From: Malacoraja senta
Taxonomy: Eukaryota
Assembly (NCBI GenBank): GCA_038087875.1
Contig: JAXLNO010000132.1
Span: forward strand, 1-64,000
Direction: 5' to 3'
Length of the DNA: 64,000 bases
Of this stretch, positions 9,564 through 21,401 are shown piece after piece (position 1 is the stretch's first letter; every line of letters begins with the position of its first letter). The position numbers and the translations under genes were made by a program. The notes beneath the pieces were generated by a model that saw nothing but the letters and a program-made list of their open reading frames with translations, was not told where the DNA came from and ran no database searches.

Positions 9564-12370
9564 ACACACACAGAGACACATACACACAGAGACACACACA
9601 AACAGAGACACACACAAACAGAGACACACACACACAGACACACACACACACACACACAAACAGGCAGACAGACAGACAGACACACAGACAGACAGACACA
9701 CACAGAGACAGACAGAGAGAGGAGGAGTGTGACAGAGTGGCAGGGAGAGAGAGAGGAGGGGAGGGGTGAGTGTGTTTGAGTGACTGACAGACAGAGGCAG
9801 AGAGACACAGAGAGAGAAGGAAGAGAGAGAGGGGGGAGCGAGAGAAAGATGGGGAGAAAGAAAGAGAGAGACAGTGAGAGAGAGAGGCAGAGAGAGAGAC
9901 AGAGAGAGGCAGAGAGAGAGACAGACAGACTGAGTCAGAGACAGAAGGGGAGGGAGGAAGAGAGAGAGACACGGGAGGGAGAGAGGAGAAGGAAAAGGCA
10001 AAAGAGTGAGAGCAAGAGAAGGAGAATGAAATAAAGAGGTAGAAACAAATGCTGGAGAAACTCAGTGGGTGAGGCAGCATCTATGGAGTGAAGGAAATAG
10101 GCGAGGTTTCAGGTCAAAATCCTACTTCAGACTTTTCCAGCATCTGCCGATTTCCAGCATCTGCAGTTCCTTCTTAAACAGAGTGAAATAAAGAGGTTGG
10201 TTCAGAGACACAACAGGCCATTCGGCCCATTCAGTCTCCTGCCCATCCCTGTCCCCCTGCTCTCCCTACTTCTGTCTCTCTCTCCTATTTAATGGTGAGA
10301 GAGGAATGAGGGGCGGGGAGAAAGTGGGAGTTGGGAAAGCAGGAAGAGAGAGGGAGGGGGAGAGGGGGAAAGAAAGAAAGAGTGAAAGCGGGTAAGAAAG
10401 AGCGAGAGAAAGAGAGGAGCGAGAGAAAGAGAGAGAGAGAGAGAGGAGTGGAAGAAAGGAGCGAAAGAGAAGAGGGGGAGAGAGAAGGGGTGAGAGGAGG
10501 TCAGTGTCGGGTTTAGAGATATCACTTCCACCCTTCACCCCGAATCCCCACCGTTCCAACTTGAAACTCAAGGAACTGCAAATGCTGTTTTTTTTTAAAG
10601 AAAAGACACAAAGTGCTGGAGTAACTTTGTTGGAGTGATAGGTGGATACAGGCATGGGGGAGTGAGAAAGAGAGAGAACGAGAGGAGAGAGAAAGAGAAG
10701 AGAGAGGAAGAGAACGAGAGGGAAGACAAAGAGGAGAGAGAAGGAGGAGAGAAAGAGAACGGGAGAAAGAGGAGAGGGAAAGAGTAGAGAGAAAGAGGGG
10801 AGATAAATAGATGAGAGAGAAAAAAGGGGCGAGAAAGAGAGGGGGAAAGAAATAGATGAGAAAGAGAAAGGGAGAAAGAGCGAGGGAGAGAAAGAGAGGG
10901 GGGAGAGAAAAGGTGAAGCTGGAGGAGAGAAGGGCGCGGAGAAGATTTACGAGGATGTTGCCGGGACTTGAGGGGCCTGAGCTACGGAGAGATGTTGGGG
11001 CAGGCTGGGATGCTATTCCTTGGAGCGCAGGAGGATGAGGGGTGATCTTATAGAGGTGTACAAAATCACCAGAGGAATAGATCGGGTAGGTGCACAGAGT
11101 CTCTTGCCTAGAGTAGGGGAATCAAGGACCAGAGGACATGGGTTTAAGGTGAGAGACACGGGGGTGGGAAAAATTAAATAGGAATCTGAGGGGAATAGAT
11201 CGGGTAGACGCACAGAGTCTCTTGCCCACAGTAGGGGAATCGAGAACATGGGTTTAAGGTGAGAGACGCGGGGATGGGGAAAAATTGTGTAGGAATCTGA
11301 GGGGTAACTTTTTAAGGTGAATAGGTAAAGGAGGGGGAAGATTTTGTGATATGAGACTGAATTAAAGGGTGCACACCATAAAATCTGCCCCCCTTACATC
11401 TTCACCTATAACCTTACTCCCCGCACTTTCCTTCTCACTCCTCTCTTTCTCTCTCCTCTCTCTCTGCCCCTCTCTCCTCTTTTTAATCTCCTCTCTTTCT
11501 CTCCCCCTCTCTCTCTCTCTCTCTCTCCTCTTTTTAATCTCCTCTCTCCCTCTCCCCGTCTTTCTCTCCCCTACCTCTCTGCCCCCCTCTCTCTCCTCTT
11601 TTTAATCTCCTCTCTCTCCCTCTTTCTCTCCCCTCTATTTCTCTCCTCTCTTTCTCTCTCTCTCTATCTGTCTCTCCTCTCTTTATCTCCTCTCTCCTCT
11701 ATTTCTCTCCTCTCTTTCTCTCTCTCTATTTGTCTCTCCTCTCTTTCTCCCCTCTCTTTATCTCCTCTCTCTCTCGCTCCTCTCTTTCACTCTCTTGTCT
11801 CTTTCTCTCTCCTCTTTCCTCTCTCGCTCTCCCCCTCTCTTTCTCTTTCCCTCTCTTTCTCTCCTCCCTTTCTCCCCCCCTCTTTCTCTCCTCTCTTTCT
11901 CTCCTCTCATTCTCTCCCTTCTTTATCTACTCTCTCTTTCTCTCTCTCTCTTCTCTTTCACTCTCCTCTCTTTCTCTTCTCTTCTCTTTCTCCCCCTCGT
12001 TCTCTCTCCTCTTTCTCCCCCTCTCTTTCTCTCCTCTCTATCTCTCTCCTCTCTCTTTCACTCCGCTCTTTCCCTCTCCTCTCTTTTTCTCTCCTCTTCC
12101 TCTCTCTTCTCTTTCACTTTCCTCTCTTTCACACTCCTCTCGTTGTCCCCTCTTTCTCTCCTCTCTCCCATTTCTCTCCTCTCTCTTTCCCTTCTCTCTT
12201 TATCTCCCCTCTTTCCCACCTCTCTCTTTCTCTCCCCTCATTCTCTCCTCTCTCTTTCCTCTCTTTCTCCCCCTCTCTTTCTCTCTCCTCTCTTTCTCCC
12301 CCCTCTTTCTCTCTCCCTCTCTTTCTCCCACTCTCTTTCACACATCCCTTTCTCTCTTTTCTCTTTCTCC
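9031..12370. repeat. Large compound microsatellite/low-complexity block: (CA)n, then GA-rich, then CT-rich, with small embedded repeats
   Basis: Directly visible; purine/pyrimidine polarity flips across the CR1 piece at 10915-11310. Confidence 0.9.
10915..11310 (+). mobile_element. CR1 fragment with an internal tandem duplication
   Basis: [10 protein letters not shown].. relic; the segment ggaatagatcgggtag...ggtttaaggtgagagac occurs twice. Confidence 0.8.
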
Positions 12371-12409
12371 AATCACTGACGAATGTCACCAGGTCGGCTC
12401 TGCCAATAA

Positions 12410-13237
12410 ATTACTTTTGAGAAAGTTTATTTAAGTATTCAGAGAGAAAATCTTTTTTTTGTAATTAGAGAGAAAAAAGTTTATTTCAGAAATATAGAAA
12501 GAATTTATTTTTCAAATAAAACAAATTTTAAAGTTTATTTTAGTAGAGGGGAAAAAAGTTTATGTAGGAAATATAGAGAGTTTGTTTTTCAAATAAAAAT
12601 TTAAAAAGTTTATTTTAGTAGTTAGATAGTTAGAGAGAAAAAAGTTTATTTACGTAATTAGAGAGAAAAAACGTTTATTTAGGAAATATAGAAAGAGATT
12701 AGTTTTCAAATAAAAAAATTAAAACGTTTATTTTAGTAATTAGAGAAAAAACATTTATTTTGGAAATATAGAAAGAATTTATATTTATAACAAAAAAATT
12801 TTAAAAGTTTATTTTAGTAGAAATAAATATTTTAGTAATTACAGAGAAAATAAGTTTATTTCGGAAATATAGAAAGAGTTTATATTTCAAATAAAAATAG
12901 TTTAAAGGTTTTTTTCGTAGAAAACGGTTTAGTTTAGTAATTAGAGAGAAAAAAGTTTATGTAGGAAATATAGAAAGAGCTTATATTTCAAATAAAAAAA
13001 ATTTAACGTTAATTTTAGTAATTGGAGAGAAAAAAAGTTTATTTAGGAAATATAGTAAGAGCTTAGTTTTCAAATACAAATTTAAAAAAGTGTATTTTAG
13101 TAATTGGAGAGAAAAAAAGTGTATGTAGGAAATATAGAAAGAGTTTATTTTTCAAATGAAAATTTTAAAAAGTTTTTTTAGAAGAGAGAAAACAATTTAT
13201 TTTAGTAATTAGAGTGAAAAGTTTATTTTAGTAATTT
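12410..13237. repeat. AT-rich degenerate tandem repeat, ~80-bp unit
   Basis: gaaatatag anchor recurs about 8 times at ~80-115 bp spacing, with ttttagtaattagagagaaaa. Confidence 0.85.
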
Positions 13238-13239
13238 TG

Positions 13240-13635
13240 CTGCTCCATGCTCCACGTTGAATCCAACCGTGAAGGCACCTGGGAGTCGTAGTTCCTCTGC
13301 TCCCTCTCACAATGGAGCGCAACAGACGGTGGGACTACACCTTCCAGCAGTCACCGCGCTCTCCTGCTCCACGTTGAATCCAACCGTGAAGGCTGCTGGG
13401 ACTTGTAGTTACAATTGTTCCCTCACACACATGCGCACCGTTCACCGCCGGCACCCACACATGCGCACCGATCGCCGCCGGCACCCTCAGGCTTCCACAC
13501 ATGCGCACTATGATCGCCGGCAATGCTAAAAGCACTTGGCGGCTGCGCAATAAAGTGTGTCGGTGCCCTGACACTCCCACGCATGCGCAGACGTGACCGT
13601 CGACACCGTCAACGTTTCCCACGCGCCTGCGCAGT
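13240..13635. promoter_or_regulatory. CpG-rich promoter-like module with ZNF143/SBS-like and NRF1-like motifs
   Basis: gggagtcgtagt, ggactacaccttcca and gggacttgtagt (ACTACAnnTCCC-like); repeated catgcgca, gcatgcgca and gcgcctgcgca. Confidence 0.6.
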
Positions 13636-13671
13636 GTCTCTTCTCACCCCAGTCTGTCGCTTCTCTCTCCC

Positions 13672-14370
13672 TCTCTAACACAATATTAACTTCTCTCTCT
13701 CTCTTTCTCTCTCTCCCTCTAACACAATATTAACCCCTCTCCCTTTCTCTCTCCCTCTAACACAATATTAACTTCTCTCTCTCTCTTTCTCTCTCTCCCT
13801 CTAACACAATATTAACCCCTCTCTCTCCCTTTCTCTCTCCCTCTCTAACACAATATTAACCCCTCTCCCTTTCTCTCTCCCTCTAACACAATATTAACTT
13901 CTCTCTCTCTCTTTCTCTCTCTCCCTCTAACACAATATTAACCCCTCTCTCTCCCTTTCTCTCTCCCTCTCTAACACAATATTAACCCCTCTCCCTTTCT
14001 CTCTCCCTCTAACACAATATTAACTTCTCTCTCTCTCTTTCTCTCTCTCCCTCTAACACAATATTAACCCCTCTCTCTCCCTTTCTCTCTCCCTCTCTAA
14101 CACAATATTAATTTCTCTCTCTCTCTTTCTCTCTCTCTCTTTCTCTCTCTCCCTCTAACACAATATTAACCCCTCTCTCTCTCCCTCTAACACAATATTA
14201 ACCCCTCTCTCTCCCTTTCTCTCTGCCTCTCTCTAACACAATATTAACCTCTCTCTCTCTCTCTCTTTTTTTTTCTCTCTCTCTCTCTAACACAATATTA
14301 ACCTCTCTCTCCCTTTCTCTATCTCTCTCTTTCTCTCTCTCCCTCTCTCTAACACAATATTAACCTCTCT
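13672..14370. repeat. Minisatellite: ctaacacaatattaa core x16 separated by CT tracts, with 126-bp higher-order period
   Basis: Core spacings 44,38,44,44,38,44,44,38,44,44, then irregular. Confidence 0.9.
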
Positions 14371-14384
14371 CTCCTACCTGCCAA

Positions 14385-15500
14385 TGATGGGGTGTAGGGG
14401 AGGGGGATGGGTGGAGGGGGTGTGGGGGATGGCGTGTAGGGGAGGGGTGGGGGAGTGGGATGGGGTGGAGGGGAGGGGGTGTGGTAGGTGGGGTGTAGCG
14501 GAGGGAGTGGGGTGGAGGGGAGGGGGTGTGGTGGATGGGGTGTAGGGGAGGGGGTATAGTGGGACGGGGTGTGGGGGAGGGGTGGAGGTGGTGTGGTGGA
14601 TGGGGTGTAGGGGAGGGGGTGTAGTGGAGGGGGAGGGGTGTATGGGATGGGGTGTGTTGGATGGGGTGTAGTGGAGGGGGTGTGGGAGAGGGTGTAGGAG
14701 AAGGGTTGTAGGGGGAGGGGGTGTAAGGGAGGGTGTAGAGGAGGGGGTGTGTAGGGGTGTAGGGGAGGGGAGAGAGGGGCCAGAGGAGGAATGGAGGCGT
14801 TTTTGAGGGGCTTTTCCGGGGGTCTTGAGGGCCTGTGAGGGTTGTTGATGGGTTTTTGAGGCGTTGTTGAGCAGTTTTGAGGTATTTTTTAGGGTTTGAG
14901 CAGTTTTCAGGGTTGTTGGGGGGGTTTGCGGGTTGTCGTGGGATTGAGACGTTTTTGAGGGGTTTTTGAGCAGTTTTGAGAGGTTTTGCGGGTTTGAGGG
15001 TTTTTAAGCAGTTAGGGTTTTTGAGGGGTTTTTCAAGGGTCTTGAGGGCTTTTCAGGGTTGATGAGTGTTTTTGTGCAGTTTTGAGAGTTTTTATAGTTT
15101 TGATAGGTTTTTAGGATTTTGATGCAGTTTTAAGAGATCGGGGGTTTTTGAGGTTCAGTTGTTTTCAGCAGTTTTGGTTTTTTGAGGTGTTGTTGACGAT
15201 CTATGAGCAGTTTTGAGGGTTTGAGCATTTGAGGGGTTTTGAGCAGTTTTGAGGGGTTTTGAGCAGTTTTAAGGGTTTTCTGAGCAGTTTTAAGGGGTTT
15301 TGAGGTTTTAATGGGTTTTTCTTAGGAGTTTTAATGGTTTTTTGAGCATTTTAAGGTTTAGAGCAGCTTTGAGGTTTATTTTTAGCAGTTTTTAGGTGTT
15401 TTTTTAAAACCAGTTTTAAGGGTTTTGAGCAGTTTAGAAGGGTTTTTGAGCAGTTTTAAATGTTTTTATGAGCAATTTTCAGGGGGTTTTGAGGGTTTGT
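14385..15500. repeat. G-rich (ggggtgtag) tract followed by a degenerate (gagcagttttgaggggtttt) tract
   Basis: Directly visible; extreme G/T strand skew. Confidence 0.85.
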
Positions 15501-15514
15501 GGAGGGAGCCTGTT

Positions 15515-15594
15515 GCACGGCAACGGCGAGAGCGCCGAGCCTATGCCACACACGCTCCCGTGGCTTAGGCTCGGCGCTCTCGCCGTTGCCGTGC
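15515..15594. other. GC-rich inverted repeat/hairpin: 29-bp perfect stem, one mismatch, 5 more bp, 10-nt loop
   Basis: 15515-15543 gcacggcaacggcgagagcgccgagccta is the exact reverse complement of 15566-15594. Confidence 0.95.
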
Positions 15595-15974
15595 GGTCCA
15601 CTCTACAGGCGAAGCCGCGCTTCACCGCCGATGACCACAACACCGTAAGACAGAGCCTTTACATTAACAGACACATGAGAAGGTTTTCCACAATGTTTTA
15701 AAGTCACGTTTATCGCTAAGAGTTCGAACGACTGAATCTTCACACGTGTACGTTTGTTCCACTCTGTTGACATTTCCTGAATCAAAATAGAGCATTTGAG
15801 TTGAGTGTAGTTTATTGTCCCGTGTAGTGAGGTACAGTGAAAAGCTTTCTTGTTGCGGGATCTCGTCAGCGGGAAGACTGTACATGATTACAATCCAGCC
15901 GTCCACAGTGTACAAATACAGGATAAAGGGAATAACGTTTAGTGCAAGATAATGTCCAGTAAACTCAACTAATC

Positions 15975-16505
15975 ATCTTGGTCCACTAATTTGAGGAAGG
16001 ACATTCTTGCTATTGAGGGAGTGCAGCATAGGTTCACCAGGTTAATTCCCGGGTTGGCGGGACTGACATATGCTGAGAGAATGGAGCGGCTGGGCTTGTA
16101 CACTCTGGAGTTTAGAAGGATGAGAGGAAATCTTATTGAAACATAAGATTGTTAAAGGTTTGGACACGCTAGAGGCAGGAAACATGTTCCCGATGTTGGG
16201 GGAGTCTTGAACCAGGTGCCAGAGTTTAAGAATAAGGAGTAAGCCATTTAGAACGGAGACAAGGAAACACCTTTTCTCACAGAGAGTTGTGACTCTGGAA
16301 TTCTGTGCCTCAGAGGGTGGTGGAGGCAGGTTCTCTGGATGCTTTCAAGAGAGAGCTAGATAGGGCTCTTAAAAATTGCGGAGTCAGGGAATATGGGGAG
16401 AAGGCAGGAACGGGGTACTGATTAGGGATGATCAGCCATGATCTCATTGAATGGCGGTGCTGGCTGGAAGGGCCGAATGGCCTGCTCCTGCACCTATTGT
16501 CTATT
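15975..16505 (+). mobile_element. CR1 LINE 3' end
   Basis: NLRKDILAIEGVQHRFTRLIPG relic and CR1 3'UTR. Confidence 0.9.
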
Positions 16506-16849
16506 GAAGTCTGCAATTCATGGACATCACCAGTTGCTGGGTGTCTTCCCTGGTGATGCTCTGCCAGGCCTGCATTGCAGCCATCTTTAAGCTGATGCTT
16601 GTTTTGGGGGCTAGTCCCCTTCACTTTTCTCTTCAGCGTATAAAAGGCTCGTTCCATTGGGTTGAGATCGGGTGAAAGAGCTCAAATGTTAAATGCAACA
16701 AATGCATCGCGTTGGAATAACTTTGCACCCTCCCGCAAAGTTAAATGCAGCAAATGCGTTGCATTAGTGATATTGCAACCCCCCGGGATGTGAAATGCAT
16801 TAAATTCATTGCAATAATCTTGCAAAAGCCCTCAGATGTGAAATGCAAT

Positions 16850-17000
16850 GGTGACGTCATAGAGGGGACGGCGGAGGCGGGACATCCGTCCCTCTGACTG
16901 ATCGGACGTCCCCAATGGCGGAGAGAGACGTCGCTCAACCGGGCGGTGGGGTGGGATTTGCAGATGGCCGGAAGCGGCAGGTGATTGGAGGAGAGGGATG
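16850..17000. promoter_or_regulatory. CpG-rich promoter-like module
   Basis: Full CRE tgacgtca, GC boxes (ggcggg, gggcgg), CCAAT on both strands and ETS ccggaag within 150 bp. Confidence 0.55.
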
Positions 17001-18089
17001 TCAGTCAGAGGGAGGGAGAAGGAACCCGCCCCCTTGTCTCTCTCTGGTCCGTGTTGCAGACAGGAGTGAGAGAGAGGGAGAAGGAGAGAGAGAGGGAGGG
17101 GTGTGGGCTGGGGTAGTTGAGGGGAGGGAGGGAGAGAGAGAGGGAGAAATGAAGAATTGAGTGAAAATTGAAGAATTGAGTGAAAGAGAGGGGGAAGGTG
17201 GGAGAGAGAGAGAGATAAAGAAAGGAGAGAGGGAGAGGGAAAGAGGGGAGAGAGAGAGGGCAAGAGGGAAAGCTAAAGGGCAGGGGAGAGAGACAGAGAA
17301 AGAGGGGAGGGAGATAGATGGAGGGAAAGAGAGAGCGGGAGAGATGGAGGAGTGGGCTGCGGGTGGGAGGAGGGAAGGTGGGGCAGGGAGAGAGGGAAAG
17401 AGAAATTGAGTGAAAAATGAGGATTTGAGAGGGGGAAGGTGGGAGGGAGGGATGGAGGGAGGGAGAGAATGGAGAGAGGGAGAGGGAAAGATAGAGGACA
17501 GGGTGTGAGAGAGGGAGGGAGAGAGGTGAGGTGAGGAGAGGGGAGAGAGAGACAGAGAAAGGAGAGGGAGAGGGAAATATAGAGAGGAGAGGGGTGCATT
17601 TTAAAGGAATTGCAGTCTTCACATTCGGGGCAGATTTGCAAGTTTGTCCGCAGCATCTGATGAAGGGTCTCGGTCCGAAACGTTGCCTATTTCATTCGCT
17701 CTATAGATGCTGCCTCACCCGCTGAGTTTCTCCAGCACTTTTGTCTACCACCTATTAAATTCAATCGTTAGTTAACTTCAGAGCGGTGGCATTCGTGCGT
17801 GTGTGCGGGGACACAATACTCCAGATGTGGTCTCACCAGGGCCCTGTACAACTGCAAAGGACCTCTTTGCTCCTGTACTCAACTCCTCTTCTTATGAAGG
17901 CCAACAGGCCAAAACTATACACAATACTCCAGGTGTGGTCTCACCAGGGCCCTGTACAGCTGCAGAAGGACCTCATTGCTCCAATACTCAACTCTTTCTC
18001 TGTTTTCTTTAGTGGCCTTTCCAAATAAAATGAAAACATCTTTTACACTTTGTGGACAACTCGATGTTTGAAATATGTTCTTCAACCAG

Positions 18090-18650
18090 TTTAGTCTAGT
18101 TTAGTTTGGAGATACAGCACGGAAACAGGCCCTTCAGCCCACCGAGTCCGTGACGACCAGCGATCCCCGCACACTAACACTATCCTACACAGACACACAC
18201 ACTAGGGGACAATTTACAATCTTTACCAGAAGCCAATTAACCTACAAACCCGCACATCTTTGGAGTGTGGTAGGAATCCGGAGCGCCCTGAGAAATCCCA
18301 CGCAGGTCACGGGGAGAGAACGTGTAAACATTTTTCACAGAGAGTGGTGAATCTCTGGAACTCTCTGCCACAGAAGGTAGTTGAGGCCAGTTCATTGGCT
18401 ATATTTAAGAGGGAGTTAGATGTGGCCCTTGTGGCTAAAGGGATCAGGGGGTATGCAGAGAAGGCAGGTACAGGATACTGAGTTGGATGATCAGCCATGA
18501 TCATATTGAATGGCGGTGCAGGCTCGAAGGGCCGAATGGCCTCTACTCCTGCACCTATTGTCTATGTTTCTATGTAACTCCGCACAGACAGCACCCGTGG
18601 TCGGGATCGAACCGGGGTCTCTGGCGCCGTGAGGCGGCAACCCTACCGCT
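18090..18650 (-). mobile_element. V-SINE interrupted by a CR1 3' fragment (+, 18328-18574)
   Basis: SINE halves rejoin as gagagaacgtgtaaac/tccgcacagacagcaccc, colinear with the intact copy at 35915-36215. Confidence 0.75.
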
Positions 18651-19124
18651 CTCCTTCCCTCTCTCCCTCATCCCTCTCTCTCTCTCCCTGCTTCTCTCTC
18701 TCTATCTCTCCCTCATCCCTCTCTCTCTCCCTCCCTCCCCCTCCTTTCTTTTACCCTGTCTCTCTCCCTCCCTCTCTCTCTCCCTCCCTCTCTCTCTCCC
18801 CATCTCTCTCTCTCTCTCTCACCCCTCCCTCTCTCCCACTGCTTGCCTCCTTCCCCCTCTCCCTCTCAATCCAAAATTTCCTCAAAACTTTCTGAAACTC
18901 AAAACTTTCTCAAAACTCTCCCAAACTTTCTCTCTTCCTCCCCCCACCCTCTCTCTCTCTCAATCTCTCCAAAACGTCCTCAAATGTTTCTCAAATCTCT
19001 CCCAAACTTTCTCTCACACTCTCTCCCTCCCTCTTTCCCTCTCTCCACCCCTTCATCCTTCTCCCCCTCCTTTTTTTCTCTCCATCCCACCCTCAATGCC
19101 CAAAAAACGACAACAAAAACACCC

Positions 19125-19387
19125 CGGAACCAATATTCGGCGGTTCGCCCTCCACCCGGACCCCTGAGACCCACCGTCCCGCTTTGCCAGCGCCGGTGCG
19201 CCGCCCTAAAGCCTCCCTCCGGAAGCGCCTTTGTGGTGGACAACAATGCTGCAGAAAGTCAGCGGGTTCAGCAGCTTCTGTGGAGCGAAGGCAACAGGTA
19301 ACGTTTCAGGCCGAAACCCTTCTTCACACGCGAGGTTCGCCCCTTAACTGGAAGTGGTGCGGGAATCCAGCTGCAAAAAAATAGCAG
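19125..19387 (+). promoter_or_regulatory. CpG-rich promoter and candidate non-coding exon 1 of the zinc-finger gene
   Basis: CCAAT, ccggaag and ggaagt ETS-like motifs, then a strong donor CAG|gtaagg at 19387/19388; linkage to the ZNF exon is inferred. Confidence 0.45.
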
Positions 19388-19425
19388 GTAAGGATAAAAG
19401 CTGCCATGCAGCGGGAGAGGCAGCA

Positions 19426-20040
19426 ATGCAGCCAGTGATGTATGCATTCCCTTTAATGCAGCCAGTGATGTATGCATTCCCTTTAATGCAGCCAGTGATG
19501 TATGCATTCCCTTTAATGCAGCCAGTGATGTATGCATTCCCTTTAATGCAGCCAGTGACGTATGCATTCCCTTTAATGCAGCCAGTGATGTATGCATTCC
19601 CTTTAATGCAGGAGGGGGAGCATGCATTCCCTTTAATGCAGCCAGTGATGTATATATTCCCTTTAATGCAGCCAGTGATGTATGCATTCCCTTTAATGCA
19701 ACCAGTGATGTATGCATTCCTTTTAATGCAGCCAGTGATGTATGCATTCCCTTTAATGCAGCCAGTGATGTATGCATTCCCTTTAATGCAGGGGGGGAGC
19801 ATGCATTCCCTTTAATGCAGCCAGTGATGTATGTATTCCCTTTAATGCAGCCAGTGATGTATGCATTCCCTTTAATGCAGCCAATGATGTATGCATTCCC
19901 TTTAATGCAGCAGTGGGAGCATGCATTCCCTTTAATGCAGCCAGTGATGTATGTATTCCCTTTAATGCAGCCAGTGATGTATGCATCACCTTTAATGCAG
20001 CAGGGGAGCATGCATTCCCTTTATTGCAGCAGGGGGAGCA
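19426..20040. repeat. 30-bp minisatellite (atgcagccagtgatgtatgcattcccttta), about 20 copies
   Basis: Highly homogeneous tandem units with interspersed gggggagc variants. Confidence 0.95.
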
Positions 20041-20299
20041 TGCACAGGCGCTTGCAGGCCGATCCCCCCTGCCAGCCCGCAGTTGGCATTGTCTGAACCG
20101 GGTCTTCGTTCAAATCCCCTCTAGCAGAGAGAGAGACAGAGAGACACAGAGAGAGAGACAGAGATAGACAGAGAGAGAGAGACAGAGAGACAGCAAGATA
20201 AACAGACAGAGAGAGAGAGAAATACAGAGAGAGACACACACACACAGAGAGACAGACAGAAAGACAGAGAGAGAGAGAGAGACACAGAGAGACACAGTG

Positions 20300-20885
20300 A
20301 TTCAGCGTGGAAACAGGCCCTTCGGCCCAACTTGCCACACTGACCTACATGCCCCATCTACACTAATCCCTTCTGCTGCCCATATCCCTCCAAACATGTC
20401 TTATCCATGTACCTGTCCAAGCGTTGTTATGGTCCGAGCCTCAACTACCTCCTCCGGCAGCTCGTTCCATAACACACCACCCTCTGTGTGGAAAAGTTGC
20501 CCCTCAGATTCCTATTCAATTTTTCCCCACCCCCGCGACTCTCACCTTAAACCTGTGTCCTCGGGTCCTCGATTCCCCTACTCTGGGCAAGAGACTTTGT
20601 GCATCTCCCCGATCTATTCCTCTGGTGATTTTGTACACCTCAATAAGATCACCCCTCATCCTCCTGCGCTCCAAGGAATAGAGTCCCAGCCTGCCCCTAC
20701 CTCTCCCTGTAGCTCAGGCCCCTCAAGTCCCGGCAACATCCTCGTAAATCTTCTCCGCGCCCTTTCCAAGCTCTACGACATCTTTCCTGTAACATGGTGC
20801 CCAGAACTGAACGCAATACTCTAAATGTGGCCTCACCAACGTCTTGTACAACTGCAACGTGACCTCCCAATTTCTAGACTCAATA
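20300..20885 (-). mobile_element. CR1 LINE 3' fragment
   Basis: [26 protein letters not shown] in ORF 20723-21409. Confidence 0.85.
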
Positions 20886-20918
20886 CAGAGAGAGAGAGAG
20901 AGACAGAGAGACAGAGAG

Positions 20919-20949
<31 letters not shown>

Positions 20950-21401
20950 GAGAGACAGAGAGAGGCAGAGAGAGAGAGAGACAAGAGAGAGAGACAGAGA
21001 GAGACAGAGAGATGGAGAGAGAGAAAGAAGGTGAGACAGACAGAGAGAAACAGACAGACAGAGAGAGAGAGAGACAGAGAGAGAGACAGAGAGAGAGAGA
21101 CAGAGAGGCAGAGAGAGAGAGAGAGAGAGAGAAAGAAAGTGAGACAGACTGAGAGAAACAGAGAGAGAGACAGACAAACAGAGAGAGAGAGAAAGAGAGA
21201 CAGACAGAGAGTGACAGAGAGAGTGAGAGGGGCGAGAGACAGAGAGAAAAAGAGAGAGAAAGACAGATAGAGAGAGAAGGAGAGACTGAGAGACAGAGAC
21301 GGAGAGAGAGAGAGAGACAGAGAGAGCAACAGACAGAGAGAGAGTGAGAGAGACAGAGAAAGACAGAATGAGACAGACAGAGAGAGAGAGACAGAGAGAA
21401 A

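Noticed and set aside
13672..14370. CRISPR-like repeat-spacer appearance
   Set aside because: Spacers are recurring CT tracts rather than unique sequence; no cas genes; eukaryotic context
19245..19330. Splice donor CAG|gtaacg at 19297 as the exon 1 end
   Set aside because: Lies in a copy of the common dispersed repeat; the donor at 19387 is in non-repeat sequence and fits consensus better
19268..20096. Repeat-protein ORFs (MQPVMYAFPL, CIKGNAYITG)
   Set aside because: A by-product of a 30-bp tandem unit open in several frames on both strands; no coding evidence
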